A stretch of 64,000 bases of DNA from Vitrella brassicaformis CCMP3155 (lineage: Eukaryota > Protista > Chromerida). Shown in pieces: positions 13,026 through 27,865 of the stretch. The number at the start of each line of letters is the position of its first letter. Position 1 is the stretch's first letter. Both the position numbers and the translations under genes were made by a program. The DNA lies in contig CDMY01000698.1 of assembly GCA_001179505.1 (NCBI GenBank), positions 62,001-126,000 on the forward strand, in the 5' to 3' direction. The notes below the pieces were generated by a model. The model was not told where the DNA came from. It made no database searches and saw only the letters and a list, made by a program, of their open reading frames with translations.

Positions 13026-16000
13026 TCATTCATGTTTCATTTCTCCGAGTTTTCTCCTCTTCACGAATCCCCAACGCTCCAGCAGCGGGAGGAGAATATC
13101 CGAATCGCAGGGTCCAAGGTGGCTGAGCTCCTCAGGAAGGTGCACCGGCACCCTCGTGACGTCATATTCACATATCTCGTTGTGGTCGAGGGTCAGGCGC
13201 TCGAGACGGGGGAGGCTGCCGAGTGTGAGCGGCACTGAGCCTGGTTCCAGTTGGTTGCCGCTTAGCACCAGCACTTTGAGATTCGGGGCATCCTCCGGCA
13301 ACCAATCGGGGATAATGTCAAGATTGTTGAGGGCTAGGACCTGACAGCAAGGAGCAAGAACCCGATGTCTCTTGCTGAAGGCTACACTTGTCTTTTTTTC
13401 ATCTCACCAAGACCTCTGCTCGCTTGAGATATGACCGAAAATTAAGTGGCAAATGAGTCAGCGGCAGGAGAAGAAGAGAAAAATATTTGAGAAACTTCTG
13501 CTCTCTGAAGCACCATGAAAGGTAGGTGGATGACTGAAACGTAGGTTCTCAAAATATTGCCCACCTTTCAGGAAAGACTTCAGCCGCACTCTCTTTGTCC
13601 GCCAGGCCTGACAGCTCGATGCACGTATCACGCCGGCTTATAATTCTCTATTGAGGGAGGTCCCGCCTGGACTTTCAAGTGGCCTGGTCACTATATATGT
13701 ATAGTTGTCGGGAAAGAAGGGGCCGACATCTCGCAAATCATCCCAGCATTCTGCGGGCATGTCAGAGGGCTCTGTGAGAGTGTTAATAGAAAACGCCTGC
13801 ATTTTGGGAGACACAGAATACACATCTACGCAGTCAAGATACTCTTTCAAAGCCTGTCTTACCTCTAGAGTGGTAAAACGATCAAGGCTTTCAGCGATGA
13901 TCTGTGCGAGGAGACAAGTGACACAAAGCTTGTGCTCCGCATTGATCGGCAAACGAGGTGGATTACTGGTAAGGTACCTCAGCTGATGCGGGCTCTCCTG
14001 GTGACGTCACAAAGAGACGACAATTGCATGGGTGCATCCACTCAGCCGCCGTACCAAACCTAGAAGCAAGACAGAGATAGAGACGCTGTGTGAACGGACG
14101 CTCTTTCTGCTCACGGTGGGAATATTTTCAGCGTACAGTAATCCCAGATAGCCATACGCGGGCACACAGCAGTGGCTCTGATGACTTGGACGACAAAGAG
14201 CACAAGCAGTGATACCAACAGGAAGGTCACAGCCCACAGCACGAGAGGCAGCGGCCATCGCTCAACCCATTTGACCAGATCGGAGAGCCGCTGGAGCTCA
14301 TCAGCCCGTCCACTGAAATCGACACCGTCACTCGAGCGGCGCCGTCTCGGTATCCGAGGGGCGGGATCCCTCCCTGACCCGGTTTGCGAGCTGTTCCGCG
14401 GAGAGTTGCCTGCTTCGGACGGTGCTCGCTCCATTATCTCCTCTTCCACAAAATTAATGGCGTGATGCTGCCGACAATCTTCAGACTCCACTACTGTGTT
14501 CATCAGGTCTTCTGTTTGCGCATGCTCCATGATAGCTTCCTCATCCCTCCATACACGCCGCACCGACAGGTCTGGCGGCTTCTGAGTGACAGATGTCTCA
14601 CCAGGGCACTCCTCGTTGATATCAGACGGCTCGCCCTCATCGGAAGGCTCCTCCTCACCGTAAATGGCGCTTTCGTCAGGTGCCGGGCGAGGACATGGAA
14701 GAGACGGCTTTCGTCCCTTCGCTTCGGCCTCCGTCACAGTGGGCATGTCTTGCCACCGCGACGTTGTTTTTGGTGAAGCATCGGGCGATTTGCTGGCAGT
14801 ACTGTATCTCCGGAAAGCATCCATGAATCGTTTCGCCGGTCGCAACTCTCGCTGCTCGCCGGTGTTGTTCTTGGTGTAGCCTTTCGGTTCCTCCTCCTTG
14901 TGCTTGGTAGGCACCAGGTTCAGCAGTTGCGACTCGACTGAGGAGCTGTGCTTCAGTTGGGTGCTCACTGTTGATTCAATGCAGAGGTCCTCGAGTGCCA
15001 CCCCATCGTCGACAATGCTCGCCGCCTCTGCCTCTTCCGCCGAAATGCGCATCTGCAATTGGCGCTTTCGGTGCAGATGAATCCCTCGGATGAGCATAAG
15101 AGAATCGATGATGCGCAGCTTCCACCTACACGTAGACAATACAAGAGACACACTGTCACGTATGAGCGAGACCTTGCTGAGCAACTTGTCTGTCAGGCAG
15201 ACCATGAAAGAAAAAGAGGGAGGTAGGCGGCCCCGAAAGCAAGCAGAGAAGTGCTGCGAAAGTAGGCTAGGTATCCCAGCGAAGCGCGAAAGGTGTAGCG
15301 GGCCTCAGCAAGCAGCGTGACGGCAGCCAGGACCAAATTCACACACACATCACCTGCACGTACGCACACACACACACACACAGACTGCCATCTCTCTTTG
15401 TTGCTCTTCCATGAGTCTTTTTGCACACCCACCTAGAATGAACCATCCCCTCAGCTTCACAGAAAAAGATCCGGTGAGGACAACGGACTGCAGAGCTACC
15501 AGCAAGGGAAGCGGTAACCACACCTCTACTTCTCTGGTTGGCACTTCTCCCTCCACTGATCTGCCCTCTTTGGCTGAAGTCGCTGACACCAGCGACCACC
15601 CTGGAGACCGCCCACCACACGGCAAAAAGACACACGATCGGGTAAGCTTGCAGCTGTCTGTGTAGTCGCGTGGATGTGAGCTGACCAGCATATTGAAGAC
15701 ACTTCAGCCAGCCAAAAACGAGCTCTGCACGAATGCACCAAACGTTTCAATGCACTCCTGAGATTAAGTCATGCGTTGTCTTCTTGCTGACCAATGAGCT
15801 CAGAGGCCGCCGACCCACACCAGAAGAGCCTTCCATTTGGGCCCTGAAGGAGTGTTGTAAGACAGTGGAAATAGGAGCGAGTGGCAAGCTTGGCTCTCAC
15901 CAAAAAATAGAAGTAGAAGAGCGATATGTAGGCCTCAACGATGTGCAGCCACCGGGGGAATCGACTTTTTGCCAACCAGGCACCTCCCGGCGATTTGGGC

Positions 16001-18089
16001 CGCACCATTTGCAGTGTGTCCGCAGGGCCGCTCTCGACAGCCTCGGAGAGATCGTCAGATGGTCTGTTTCCGCTGGCTGTGGCATGTGCCTTGATTGTCT
16101 TGAATGTCTTCAGTCGCCTGCTACGATCCTTTTGGCGCTTAAGCCAGGTAATTTTCTCGTAAGCGCACCGATAGTCCATCTTTTTCTTCCCCGCCCATCT
16201 GTAGGCGTTGTAACGCCAGAAAACCGTGTGCATGACGAAGGCATAGGCACTTGCGTAGCCGAGGAGGAGCCACATTAGGCCCATTGTGAACGCCGACCAG
16301 CTGGATGCCCATCGGACGGTATAGCTGTCCTTGTCCGCCAACTCGCCCGTTTCTGCATGTATTGAAGACAGAAAAAGTGACGCCTGTCAACCATCGATTG
16401 CTCACTCTGGAATTTGTGTGACCTACCAAGTAGTACGTTGTCGACGTACTCCTTGAAGTAGAAGATCAGGTCGCTTTGCACCGCGTAGGGCTTGGTCTCC
16501 TTCTCCACAAATTCCGCGATAGCATGCACAAGACAGAGCAAGCTGACTAAGAGGAGGCTGGCCCACGCCGCGTTGTTAAGCCACAGAGCGATGTGCACCA
16601 GGCGGATGCCGGGGAATATCTCTCTGTGGCAGCAGCATCTCCAGAAGCTTTGCCTTTGGCTGCGTCTCCGCATTTCCTTCCGGCGTTCTTCTTCGGTAAG
16701 GATGCCAAAGACGGGCATGTGGGCGGCCTTCAGCTCCACCACCTTGTGGATGATTTCCACAGCCGTCTCGCTTCTTCTCATTGATCGCGCGGACAATCGC
16801 TCTGGCGGAAGCTGCCCGAACGATATGGACCTTTTAATCGGTGGCAGCTGCTGTGAGTTGAATTCCTCCAGCGCGGCCGTAAATGAAGTGCATGGGCTGG
16901 GCGGCTCGTCACCGCGGGCTGCGGGGAAAGGACAGGTCCCGGCGGTGGCTACCGGAGGCAACGACACGGCCGTCAGACCGTCCATGCGCTGCTCGGGGTC
17001 GCTACAGGCCTCTCGCAGCTCCTCGCTGGCCGCCTCGCCCGAAACCGATTTGGGGAGGCGGAATGTGACTGCTGGGGCCTCAGGGTCTCTCACACGCTCG
17101 CTCTTGACAGATTTGTCGGACGGCGCCATGTCTCGCAAGACCATCGAACGGTCGGGGATAGGGGAGCCACAGATGGAGACGTAGACAGATGTCTGGTCTC
17201 GCGATTCGGTGAAGTCGGAAACGAGGGGCGATCGGTGGGCTTCTTGACTTGACATGATAGAGCTAAGCTGAAGACTTGGAGTCCTTTCGTCTCTCCTCTC
17301 TGGGGCCACTTGGTTGCTGCTGTCGACGGTGGAATGAGAGCGCCGCCGAAAACAATGCTGCCGATAGTTCCCAACCGCTTTCGTATGGCGCGAACGAAAC
17401 CTGGATAAGCCAGACGCTATTCCTTCTTTATAACGCATTTACCTTCTTTGTGTCATCTCTCTGACCTGATTGTTTGCTGCTGACAGGCGACTCACCGGAC
17501 GACGGAGACGGACGAGCCGAGAGCGCTTCCTTGAGAAGGGCCGGCAAGCCGCGTGCGACACTCCTTTTGCTTTGCTTGTCTACAGGATATGTGCCTCGAA
17601 AGCTCTTGACAGACCGATCGCCGACGGTGACGGGCCCCTTCGCCACGCGTGCATCGGTGTGCAGGTCCAGGGCCTCCAGTTCATCAATGGCGATGGGTGC
17701 CACTGATGCCGAGGGCTGCAGGTGGATATCCACCGCCTTGAGGGCGAAAGATGGGCTGACGCTGACAATCCCCGTGGCATACTGGTGGGTCCTTTTCCGG
17801 CTGCCGCGGTGCTTGCTGCCCGGGGTGGAACCACCGAAAGGCCAGAAGGTGAGAGACTTGGCGCTGCCGGTATCTCCCGGACGCGTCGTGGCGTGCCTCT
17901 CTCGCTGTGGCCGTCGTGTCCTGCCATCGAGGTTGCTCAGTGCCGCCTGCATGCGGATAGCAAGACGTGTGAGCGCGGCTGTTCTGTCATTCGTCTGCTC
18001 ACCTCGAACTGTCGGTTGATTTCCTTTTCGATGGCATCACTCGAGTCAGTCAGCTCCGATTTGTTGACAACAACGGATGGATCAGCCAT
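13026..18089 (-). CDS. Hypothetical multi-pass membrane protein with C-terminal Cys motif and about 3 leucine-rich repeats
   Basis: ORFs 17937-18200, 17428-17952, 16275-17438, 15769-16341, 14111-15205 and 13026-13301 link through phase-compatible GT-AG introns, starting MADPSVVVNK. Several hydrophobic segments (ALWLNNAAWASLLLVSLLCLVHAI, FTMGLMWLLLGYASAYAFV, LPLVLWAVTFLLVSLLVLFVV). Terminal LRRs LKRAEVLVLALNNL / LKVLVLSGNQL / LERLTLDHNEI. Two frame breaks (about 15210 and 15580); some 3' exons are uncertain. Confidence 0.6.
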
Positions 18090-18507
18090 GTCGCTTCCTT
18101 CCTGTACACGCGAACGAAATTCCCTTCGGGCGCTTTCCAACTTGGCCCCCAGGGTTCGCTGCGAGCTTACTAGGGCAAAACCGCTGAGAGAGACTCTCAA
18201 GGGGTCAAGTTGTGTGTGCGTTGGGGGCGGCGCCGCTGGAAGGTACGCAGGCAGGCGCTGAGGATGGCGCTGGTACGTTTGTCGCGTGATTGAGAGTTGG
18301 TCGACAGTTCAGCCTTGACTCTGCCTGGCGTTGCGCTATGAGTTAATGTATTTCCACACTGTCAAGGGGGGGTCGGAATACCGCTGATCATCTCAACATA
18401 CTGATTATATGTACAAATCTACATGATCTGATCGGTACAGTGTAGCCTCCACTGACGTCGACTCAGATCATGCGGGCACATCGCAACCAAGCAAACATCG
18501 GAACATG

Positions 18508-20572
18508 TCATGGGGCCACGCCCACCTTCTGATCATCCTGTGCCTTGCTGGCAGGGGGTCTGTACAGCAGGTGACACAATTGCCGCTTGTTTGCTGGAAG
18601 AGGGCGGAACTGGGCACTGCCGTAAACAGAGACACACAAGAAAGAAAGAAAGAAAGAACAGACAGACAGACAGGGACTGTCGATGGAAGCGTCAAGCCTG
18701 TCGTGCACTGCAGGGACAAGCCTGTCACCCACCTGCACATCTTGCAGACAGCACCGATGTCGTGACAGTAGACTGCAGACATTGACACAATGCATACAGG
18801 AAATTGACGGATCACTTACTTGTCTGTCTATCTGCCCTGATTGCTCACTCACTTGCGAGACAGGACGAGCAGACGAGTGCCAGCTCCACGGGCTTGCCAC
18901 AGCAGAAGCATGTGGCGCCAAAGGTCGTGGCTGACTGGGAGGCTTGCGCAGGGAACAAGACGTCCTCCCGCAAGTCAGCATTCGGCAGAAAGTGAAACTG
19001 ACACGACACGAACACACAGCCACAAGTTTTGATCTGAATCCCCTGCGTACAAAGTGTACAAAGGCAGCGAGCCCTCTCACTTACCAGCAGGAAGGGGAGC
19101 AGCAGCTGAATGAGGAATGAGGTACCCGCATGCAGACATAAACATGGCAGCACAGGTGTAAGTGCGTCAGGTGGGCCGACTGACTGACTCACGTACGTTA
19201 GAGTTGGGGTGAGAGAACTGCATGTACTGCCCCCGGGTCATGAGGGCCGCCTGCTGCAGAGCCATCTGCACACACACAACACACAACATACAATACAGCC
19301 AGACATGCACCACTGCCTGTGGACCCGATCGGTGAGCATTGTGAGAGTCCCACCGATGTCTTGGTGCCGAGCGCACACACGTCAATCATCACGTTCTGAC
19401 CCACAGACCCAGACACCACTCGCGCGTTGATCTTAGTAAGTGACCAAGTGACACATGACTGACCATCTTTTGGCCTGCGAATGCGGCGCTCATCAATGGC
19501 ACGAATTGGAAGGCCAATCCGTCCACACAAGACACCTCAAGAATCAACACACGCGGCTGAAAAGAACACACACACACAGCACAAAGGAAGACTACAGCAA
19601 ATGCAGCCCGCCGGGTGATTGATGTACACGCGGCATTATTCCAGCCACTGACCTCAGCTGAGGGGTGCTCCTTCTTTCGTCTCTGGATGTCTGCCACACA
19701 CACATAGACAGACAGACAGACAGACGGACGGACAATGGACACGTTGGACAAAGACTATCATCTCCCTCTGGCCGGAAGCTCAGCTCACGACATAATGCCA
19801 TCGACAGAGCGCCAGCAATCGAAGAATCCGCTGCATTGCAACCGCCAACACAGTGAGTGAATGAGAACCGGCAAAACGCCCTTGCTCATGTAGCATGTAA
19901 GGTGCAGCTGTGCTGACCTGCGCGTGTCCCTCCATGGCCATGTTTGTGCTCATAAGAGGAGGATAGCAGCCTCTTGAGCCTCAGCGTGGCCTGCAAGTGC
20001 GGCTGGCACTCCTTCATCTGCCCAACACCCAAACCGGATGGCGGTGCTTCCGGTGTTTGTTGTGGCGGTGGTTGTGCTTGTCCGCTGGCGGCCACGCCGT
20101 CGGTGTCGAAGTCCTCCTCCATTGGGATCATGCAGTCGGGGCTGAAGTCGCTGCACACGCCCTCATACAGATACTCGCTGCACACAGACGAGCAGACACA
20201 CAGACGCGACAGATAAAGCACCGTTTGCTGGTTGGTGATGCATGTGTTTTCCTGCTTGTCCGCTCACTGACCATTTCTTGCCCTGCACGCCCAGGAGAGC
20301 CAGAGAGTGCGTCGGCTCCGTGAGGCAGTATGCCCTCACGAACACCAGGAACTGCCGCCATGTGGTCTTGAGCGTCACAGGCCGGTTCTGCTCGTCGACC
20401 TTAGGCTGTGCTGGAGCCGCTGCAGCCGCGACGCTGCCGCCAGAGGGTGATTCCCGCCTCTTGTCGCCCTCTGCATCAGCCGGCACGCGAGAATGCATCG
20501 CCGCCCAATTGTGTAGGTTCGCGTCGAAGATGGCAACCAGCATTGTCAGGAATGATGGATCTTGCTCACTCT
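18508..20572 (-). CDS. GTF2H3: TFIIH core subunit p34/Tfb4 (vWA-like domain plus C-terminal Zn finger); first exon not located
   Basis: Spliced product includes LVAIFDAN..W, FLVFVRAY, IAGALSMALCYIQR, RVLILEVS, FVPLMSAAFAGQK.NVMIDVC, LQQAALMTRGQY, ATCFCCGKPVELALVCSSCLAIYC....CKMC, matching the Tfb4 family pattern. Includes a 21-nt exon (LLLPFLL). Confidence 0.85.
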
Positions 20573-20808
20573 CTGTTGGTTGGTTGGTTATTGTGTTTAA
20601 CGAGACTCGTGTCTGTAACCCCGAGGGGATCCTGTCCAGGTCACGCACTAAACTAGTAGCATGCACATGCACAGAAGCATGCACACGGCCTGTCTCCCCA
20701 TCCCACCCACCCACCCACCCACTCGACACGCACGTGCCACCCTATGATGGTCAGAAAAATCGCTGTCGACACCGGTTGCAGATATACGAGAATGACAGCC
20801 AGACATAG

Positions 20809-22821
<2,013 letters not shown>

Positions 22822-23547
22822 GAAGATCAACATTAAAGTAAATCATCATCATCATGTCAATAAGGCATCAGTACAGTACTGACTGACCATACACACACAC
22901 ACACCAACACACACACACACACATGAACATTCCATTGCAGGCAGCGGATGTCCTGTTGTTTTCTTTGTCTCTCTCTCTCTGTGTGTGTGTGTGTGTGTGT
23001 GCGCAGTGCGCGGCTTTAACGACGATCGAGCTGAGCAGACGGGGGTGAGCACCGCAGATGGACGACATACATAGTGCGCCATCTTTTTCGTCAAGGAGAC
23101 ACTTCCCCCACCCCACCGTGCACACACATACACACGCACATGTGTTGTTTCCGAAGGGACTCACTGTCTATGTCTTCATGTCTGTTGGGCAATCCCTGCG
23201 TGTGCGTCACTGGCCGATTTTCTTGCGTGACGTGACCGAGGAGTGCTGATGGGGTGCGGCCTTGGTGCGCATGTGTGTGTGTGTGTTACGTGTGTCTGCG
23301 AGGATTTGTTCGCTACGCCGGGTAGACAGCTGTGTCCGGAAGACTGACAGATGATGATAAGTCTTTTATGGACATCCACATGACGGTGGCTTAAGTCATG
23401 ACATGAGTGTGATGTGATACAGGTGTCACATCCCCTCCACACGACGGAAAAAAGTCCTCTGCCCTGTCTGCTGGCGCCACGTTGAAACCCTCACACACAC
23501 GTATCCCACTCAATGAACCAACCCATCCAATACGTGACAAACCGCTG

Positions 23548-24756
23548 TCAGTCCCGCTCCCCAAACCCTCTCCTGCCGCTGCTGCTGCTGCTGCTGCTGG
23601 TGATCTGCCCCCTCTCCCTGCTATCTCGTTGTAACGACCCCCAGCCGGTCTGTATCAAAGCTGACGGCAGCGTCTGAGGAATGGCCAGCCCGGGCGGCGG
23701 CGCGGGGGGCGGAGAACCGCTGAAGATCTTGGACACCTGAGGGGCGGCATCATCGACACACGGCGCACACATCACAAGAGAGAGAGAAAGGGGTGAGTTC
23801 TCGTCACTCACTCACCCTCTCATAGAGGGCCATCTGGCTCGGCTGGAACTGGGCGGGCGCCTGCGTGGCTTGCCTCTGCACTCCTTCAGCCTCGCCGTTC
23901 CCCTCCTCCGACCCACCAGCCGACTCGACATAGTGGTCCCCTTTCCTGACCACACCACCAGCAGCAGCACCAGCAGCTGGAGCAGTCTGGCTCCCCAGCT
24001 TGCCTGATGCGCGGTTGTAGTCGACAACCGTCTCGGCGTGCCGCTCGAAGAAGGCAAGGAGAGGCTCCTTGTAGGCAGTCACCTGTGGGGTCAGCGGCAT
24101 GCAGACAGAGAGAGAGAGAGAGAGAGGTGCGCATGGGTGGATCCCTTGGTGGATCAGTGTGCTGACCACTGCGAGGTATCCGGCCACAAAGCAGCTGACA
24201 GATGATACGATGGTCGCCAGACGGACGTGACGCGACCCTGCACTCGCGCACACACGACATGTGCATTCACTCAGACACACCCACATTCTCCCTCATCTAT
24301 ATTCTAAGCTTACGTGTTGCCTTCATGGCCCAGTATGTGAATGTGCCACCAAAGACGGCCCCTCCCATCCCGTAGGTGACCACCTCGGCGCCCAGGTGCT
24401 TGAGGAACTCGATGTCGGATGGCCTGAAGGGCTCCTCCGGTGTGTAGCGCCACCTCTTGTCGCCCTCTGCGAGCTCCCTTTGCTTGTCCAGCACCTTGTG
24501 AGGCGCCATCGCCCGCTTGCTCGACGGAGGGGGCAGCGACTGGTGCACGTGGAACAACACACAGGCAGACAGGCAGAAGCGCATCAGACTGGATGGATTC
24601 ATGGTCTTTCTGGTGGTGTGCGACGGATGGGCCATGAATTGCATGCTGCGCCCGTGCTGGTGTGCTTGTGTCTGGGGGTGTGTTGCTTACGAGGCTGTCC
24701 CAGGCGGTCATCTCGGTACCAGGAGGCGGTGCGTAAGGATCCATGTTGTCACTCAT
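23548..24756 (-). CDS. Hypothetical small membrane protein (2 predicted TM segments, Pro/Ser-rich tail)
   Basis: Exons splice in phase: MSDNMDPYAPPPG.. / ..VVTYGMGGAVFGGTFTYWAMK / ..LATIVSSVSCFVAGYLA / VTAYKEPLLAFFERH.. / VSKIFSGSPPPAPPPG..ERD*. Confidence 0.55.
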
Positions 24757-24880
24757 TTCCAACGTCAGCTGAGGGGCCACGGCTCTTCAGCAACGCTCTG
24801 CCGCTGTGTTGATTAATCAGGCTGAGTTTTGTAGCACGGGTTTGTAGTCGCTTTCATGGAAGGGTTTAGGGTGGGCGAGA

Positions 24881-25118
24881 TTTGGAATTCGCCGAGAAGT
24901 GGGGACAGCAAAATTCTGTCCCTTCGTTTTGAAACGGTTCCAGACGGGCGGAAAGGTTCCTCTCTCGTCACAGCACCTCGTAAGGATTCCCGCCAGTGCC
25001 TCCTATCCCAAAATGCCCTCCTCCTCATCTCAAGTGCTTTGAGGGCCGCGCCCATGATGGTGTCTTGCCAATGGCCGACTCGCTGACTGCAGTGTCACGG
25101 TAAGCCAGCCATGGCACA
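24881..25118 (+). repeat. Copy 1 of a roughly 230-bp tandemly duplicated element
   Basis: Shares TTTGGAATTC, CGGTTCCAGACGG, CACAGCACCTCGTAAGGATTCCCGCCAGTGC, CCCAAAATGCCCTCCTCCT, GTGCTTTGAGGGCCGCGCCC, TGGCCGACTCGCTGAC and GTGTCACGGTAAGCC..AGCCATGGCACA with 25472-25692. Confidence 0.9.
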
Positions 25119-25471
25119 CAACGAAATCTGTCCCTCGACACGCGATGGCGATTGACGGAGGGCATGACTGTTGGGGAGCTGAAGGAGAAACTGCGCGAGG
25201 GTGATGTTGCAGCTAAGGACAGACGTCATGACCATGATCACGGAGTCCATGTTCAAGTTGCTTCCCGTCCATCACAGCGACCTAGGAAATACTGTGTGTC
25301 CCACGCGTGTGTCTGCGTCAGGTGTTGGGTGATCTGGTCTTTCCCCTGTGGACCGAGGCCCTCCAATGGGGTACGCCTTCAATGATAACACACACTGCCA
25401 AATATGGACAGCTGGCTGTAGGAATGGCTGACGGTTCTTCTCTGTGTCTCTTCATTGTGTGCTCTCAGCTG

Positions 25472-25692
25472 TTTGGAATTCCGTCGAGAATTGGAGACAC
25501 AAGATTCGGCGGTTCCAGACGGACGGAAAGTTTCCTCTCGCCACAGCACCTCGTAAGGATTCCCGCCAGTGCTTCCCGTCCCAAAATGCCCTCCTCCTTT
25601 ATTTCAGTGCTTTGAGGGCCGCGCCCTCCTCCCGTCCTTAAGCTTGGCCGACTCGCTGACCGTAGTGTCACGGTAAGCCCAGCCATGGCACA
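25472..25692 (+). repeat. Copy 2 of the roughly 230-bp duplicated element
   Basis: Same blocks as 24881-25118; indels break reading-frame conservation between the copies. Confidence 0.9.
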
Positions 25693-25942
25693 ATGAAGTC
25701 GCGCACGCCCTCTCATTTCTTGAGGCCTATCATCCCACGCTGTTTTTGTGTGTTGAAACCAACACTGTCCATGTATCGCGCCTCACACGGCAACAACTGG
25801 CGTGCTCCTGCGCCTCCCTCCGTGGGTGTGTGCAGACGACATGGCCTCGTGAGTCCCGGCGAGCCGCCATGTACCCATCCAGGGAAAAGGATGCAGTGCC
25901 ATCTCTTCCTTCATGTACGCGTGTGTGTGTGTGCCTGTGTAG

Positions 25943-26850
25943 ACCTTGCGGTTGAGGAAGGGGGCCGGTTAGAGTGCGACTGCATCCACTTCGTGCATAT
26001 CGATGGCGTCGGCAAGCTGAAGCGGGTATGCATATCACAAGGGTATGTCACACGGTTGAGCGGATTCAAGTTGTGTGTATAATCAGGCCTACCACATGGG
26101 CAATGTCACCCATCTTGAGTTCGAGCTGCTGACGGGCGGCAGTCCCATCCACCGCCTCGCGACCAAGCACCTTGACGCGCTCGGCCGATCGCTGCTCCGG
26201 GAGTCGGAGGCCCGATGTTGGATGCGGCCGATCATCGAGACCTACGGCGAGCTGCTGGGCAAAGGAATCTATCATGGGTATGATCTGTGTGGGTGACACA
26301 CCCCCGTAGGCAGACAGTCAAGATATGGGTTGACGGTGTGTGTGTGTGTGTGTGTGTGCTTGCTGTAGCGACCACCACCTGGACAACGTCGTATTCGACG
26401 CCGAGGATCGGCCGAAGCTGATAGTCTTCGAGATGGTCCAGTTCTTCCTCCCCAAGGTGAGTGGACACGGCAGCCACACATGCAGACCCGCCGCCCGCTC
26501 GCTCGCTCACCGATCATGTCTGTCTGTCTGTCGGCCAGGGCGGAACCGTCAACAGCGGACCAAATCCCAAAGGCGTCCGATACTTCAATGCGCCAGAGGC
26601 AAGCGCACAAAGATAGGCGCAGGCAGACAGACAGGCAGACACTGTTAATGTCATTTCTGCTTACAGGCTGCGATGCCCTTCGCATGGTATGACCCCGAGA
26701 AGGCCACTGTGTATTCGCTGGGCCAGATGCTCCGCGTGCTGTTCGAGTATGGGCACGACTCCGCCACCCGTGACCTCCACCAGCCGCCCACCCCCTCGCC
26801 CTTCCACAGGGCCGACCTGTCGCCCGACGTGAAGTCTGATCAATTGGCAG
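25943..26850 (+). pseudogene. Degenerate/truncated paralogue of the atypical kinase family (copy 1)
   Basis: Exons ..IDGVGKLKR / AYHMGNVTHLEFELL..KGIYHG / DHHLDNVVFDAEDRPKLIVFE / ..RYFNAPE / ..DPEKATVYSLGQMLR. Introns are in the same positions as in copies 2 and 3. N-lobe largely missing, DFG-Asp lost (VFE), subdomain XI not found. Confidence 0.65.
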
Positions 26851-27865
26851 GTATGCTTTGTCTCACCAGACTTGGACACACCCCGTGCACCCACGGCTCA
26901 TGTGGACAGTCAGCTGGACAGACAGCGGAGGGGCCAAATCGCTGGCTACATTTTATATTTGCCCGGGACATTTCAACACTTTGCCGTGCATTCTGATGTG
27001 AAGGTGAGATGCACCGCGTTGCATTGACGGGGCTTGTCCATTATATCTCTGCGTGCAGGGCATGTCTGACGATACGATATGCAGAGGTGGTTGTGTGGTG
27101 ACAAATATAGAGGAGACACAAGAGATGCTTTGTGTGGCGCACCTCGCCGAGTACGTTGCCACGAGACACAAGATGAAGAGAAAGAGACATCATCGCCTGT
27201 CATGTGCTGTGGAATCGTTCTGTCTCAGGACCAGTCGTGTATTCGGGCCACCGTTGCAGTATCACTTGTTTGCTTCCCTCGTGGGATATCAGGGACACTC
27301 CTCGCAGCATAGCACAGCTTTAATCCTATCTTGCGTAAGCGTGTGCATGACGGCCTCCTCAATTTCTCCCTCTCTCTCGGAACGTCTGTGCAGACGACGT
27401 GGCCTTGTGAGTCCCGACGAGCCGCTGTGTGCGCATCCAAAGGATGCAATGGCGTCTTTTCATTCGTGCATGTGTCCGTGTGCGTGTGTGTGTGTGTGTG
27501 GTGCTTGTCCACTGTGGTGTGTGTACCCACAGAGAAATCTCTCCCCATCTGTGGGATCCCTACCTGAACAAATATGTCATAGATGGACTCGGTTTGGTTT
27601 CGTTGGTGTGGTGTAAAAACCCGGAGGGGATACTGTCATGTTACGGACTAATGCATTTCTCCCCTCCCCAGAGAGAACGGTTTCACACAATGCCCTCTTG
27701 TCGTGCGAGCTTGGCGCAGATCTTCCCCCCTGTGTGCGGCTTGTGTGGCAGCTGTTCGACTCCTCGCCACTTGATCTCTCTTTCTCTCCCTCTCCCAACA
27801 CCTCGGAACCCGTCACCCCCTCCTCCCCCTTCGCTCATCCCCCCTATCCATCCATCCATCCACCG

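Noticed and set aside
22850-23540. ORFs rich in CV/HT dipeptides here and throughout the window
   Set aside because: They are translations of (GT)/(CA) microsatellites in introns and intergenic DNA.
24881-25118. H/ACA snoRNA or spliced-leader RNA reading of the duplicated element (ACAGCA as H box, terminal ACA, ATTTTGG Sm-like site on the minus strand)
   Set aside because: The H-to-ACA distance is about 140 nt, too long for one hairpin. The donor is at the 3' end rather than near the 5' end, and there is no match to the dinoflagellate SL sequence.
25152-25440. Ubiquitin-like fragment MTVGELKEKLRE
   Set aside because: Only a short motif; no credible start and no complete Ubl fold could be spliced.
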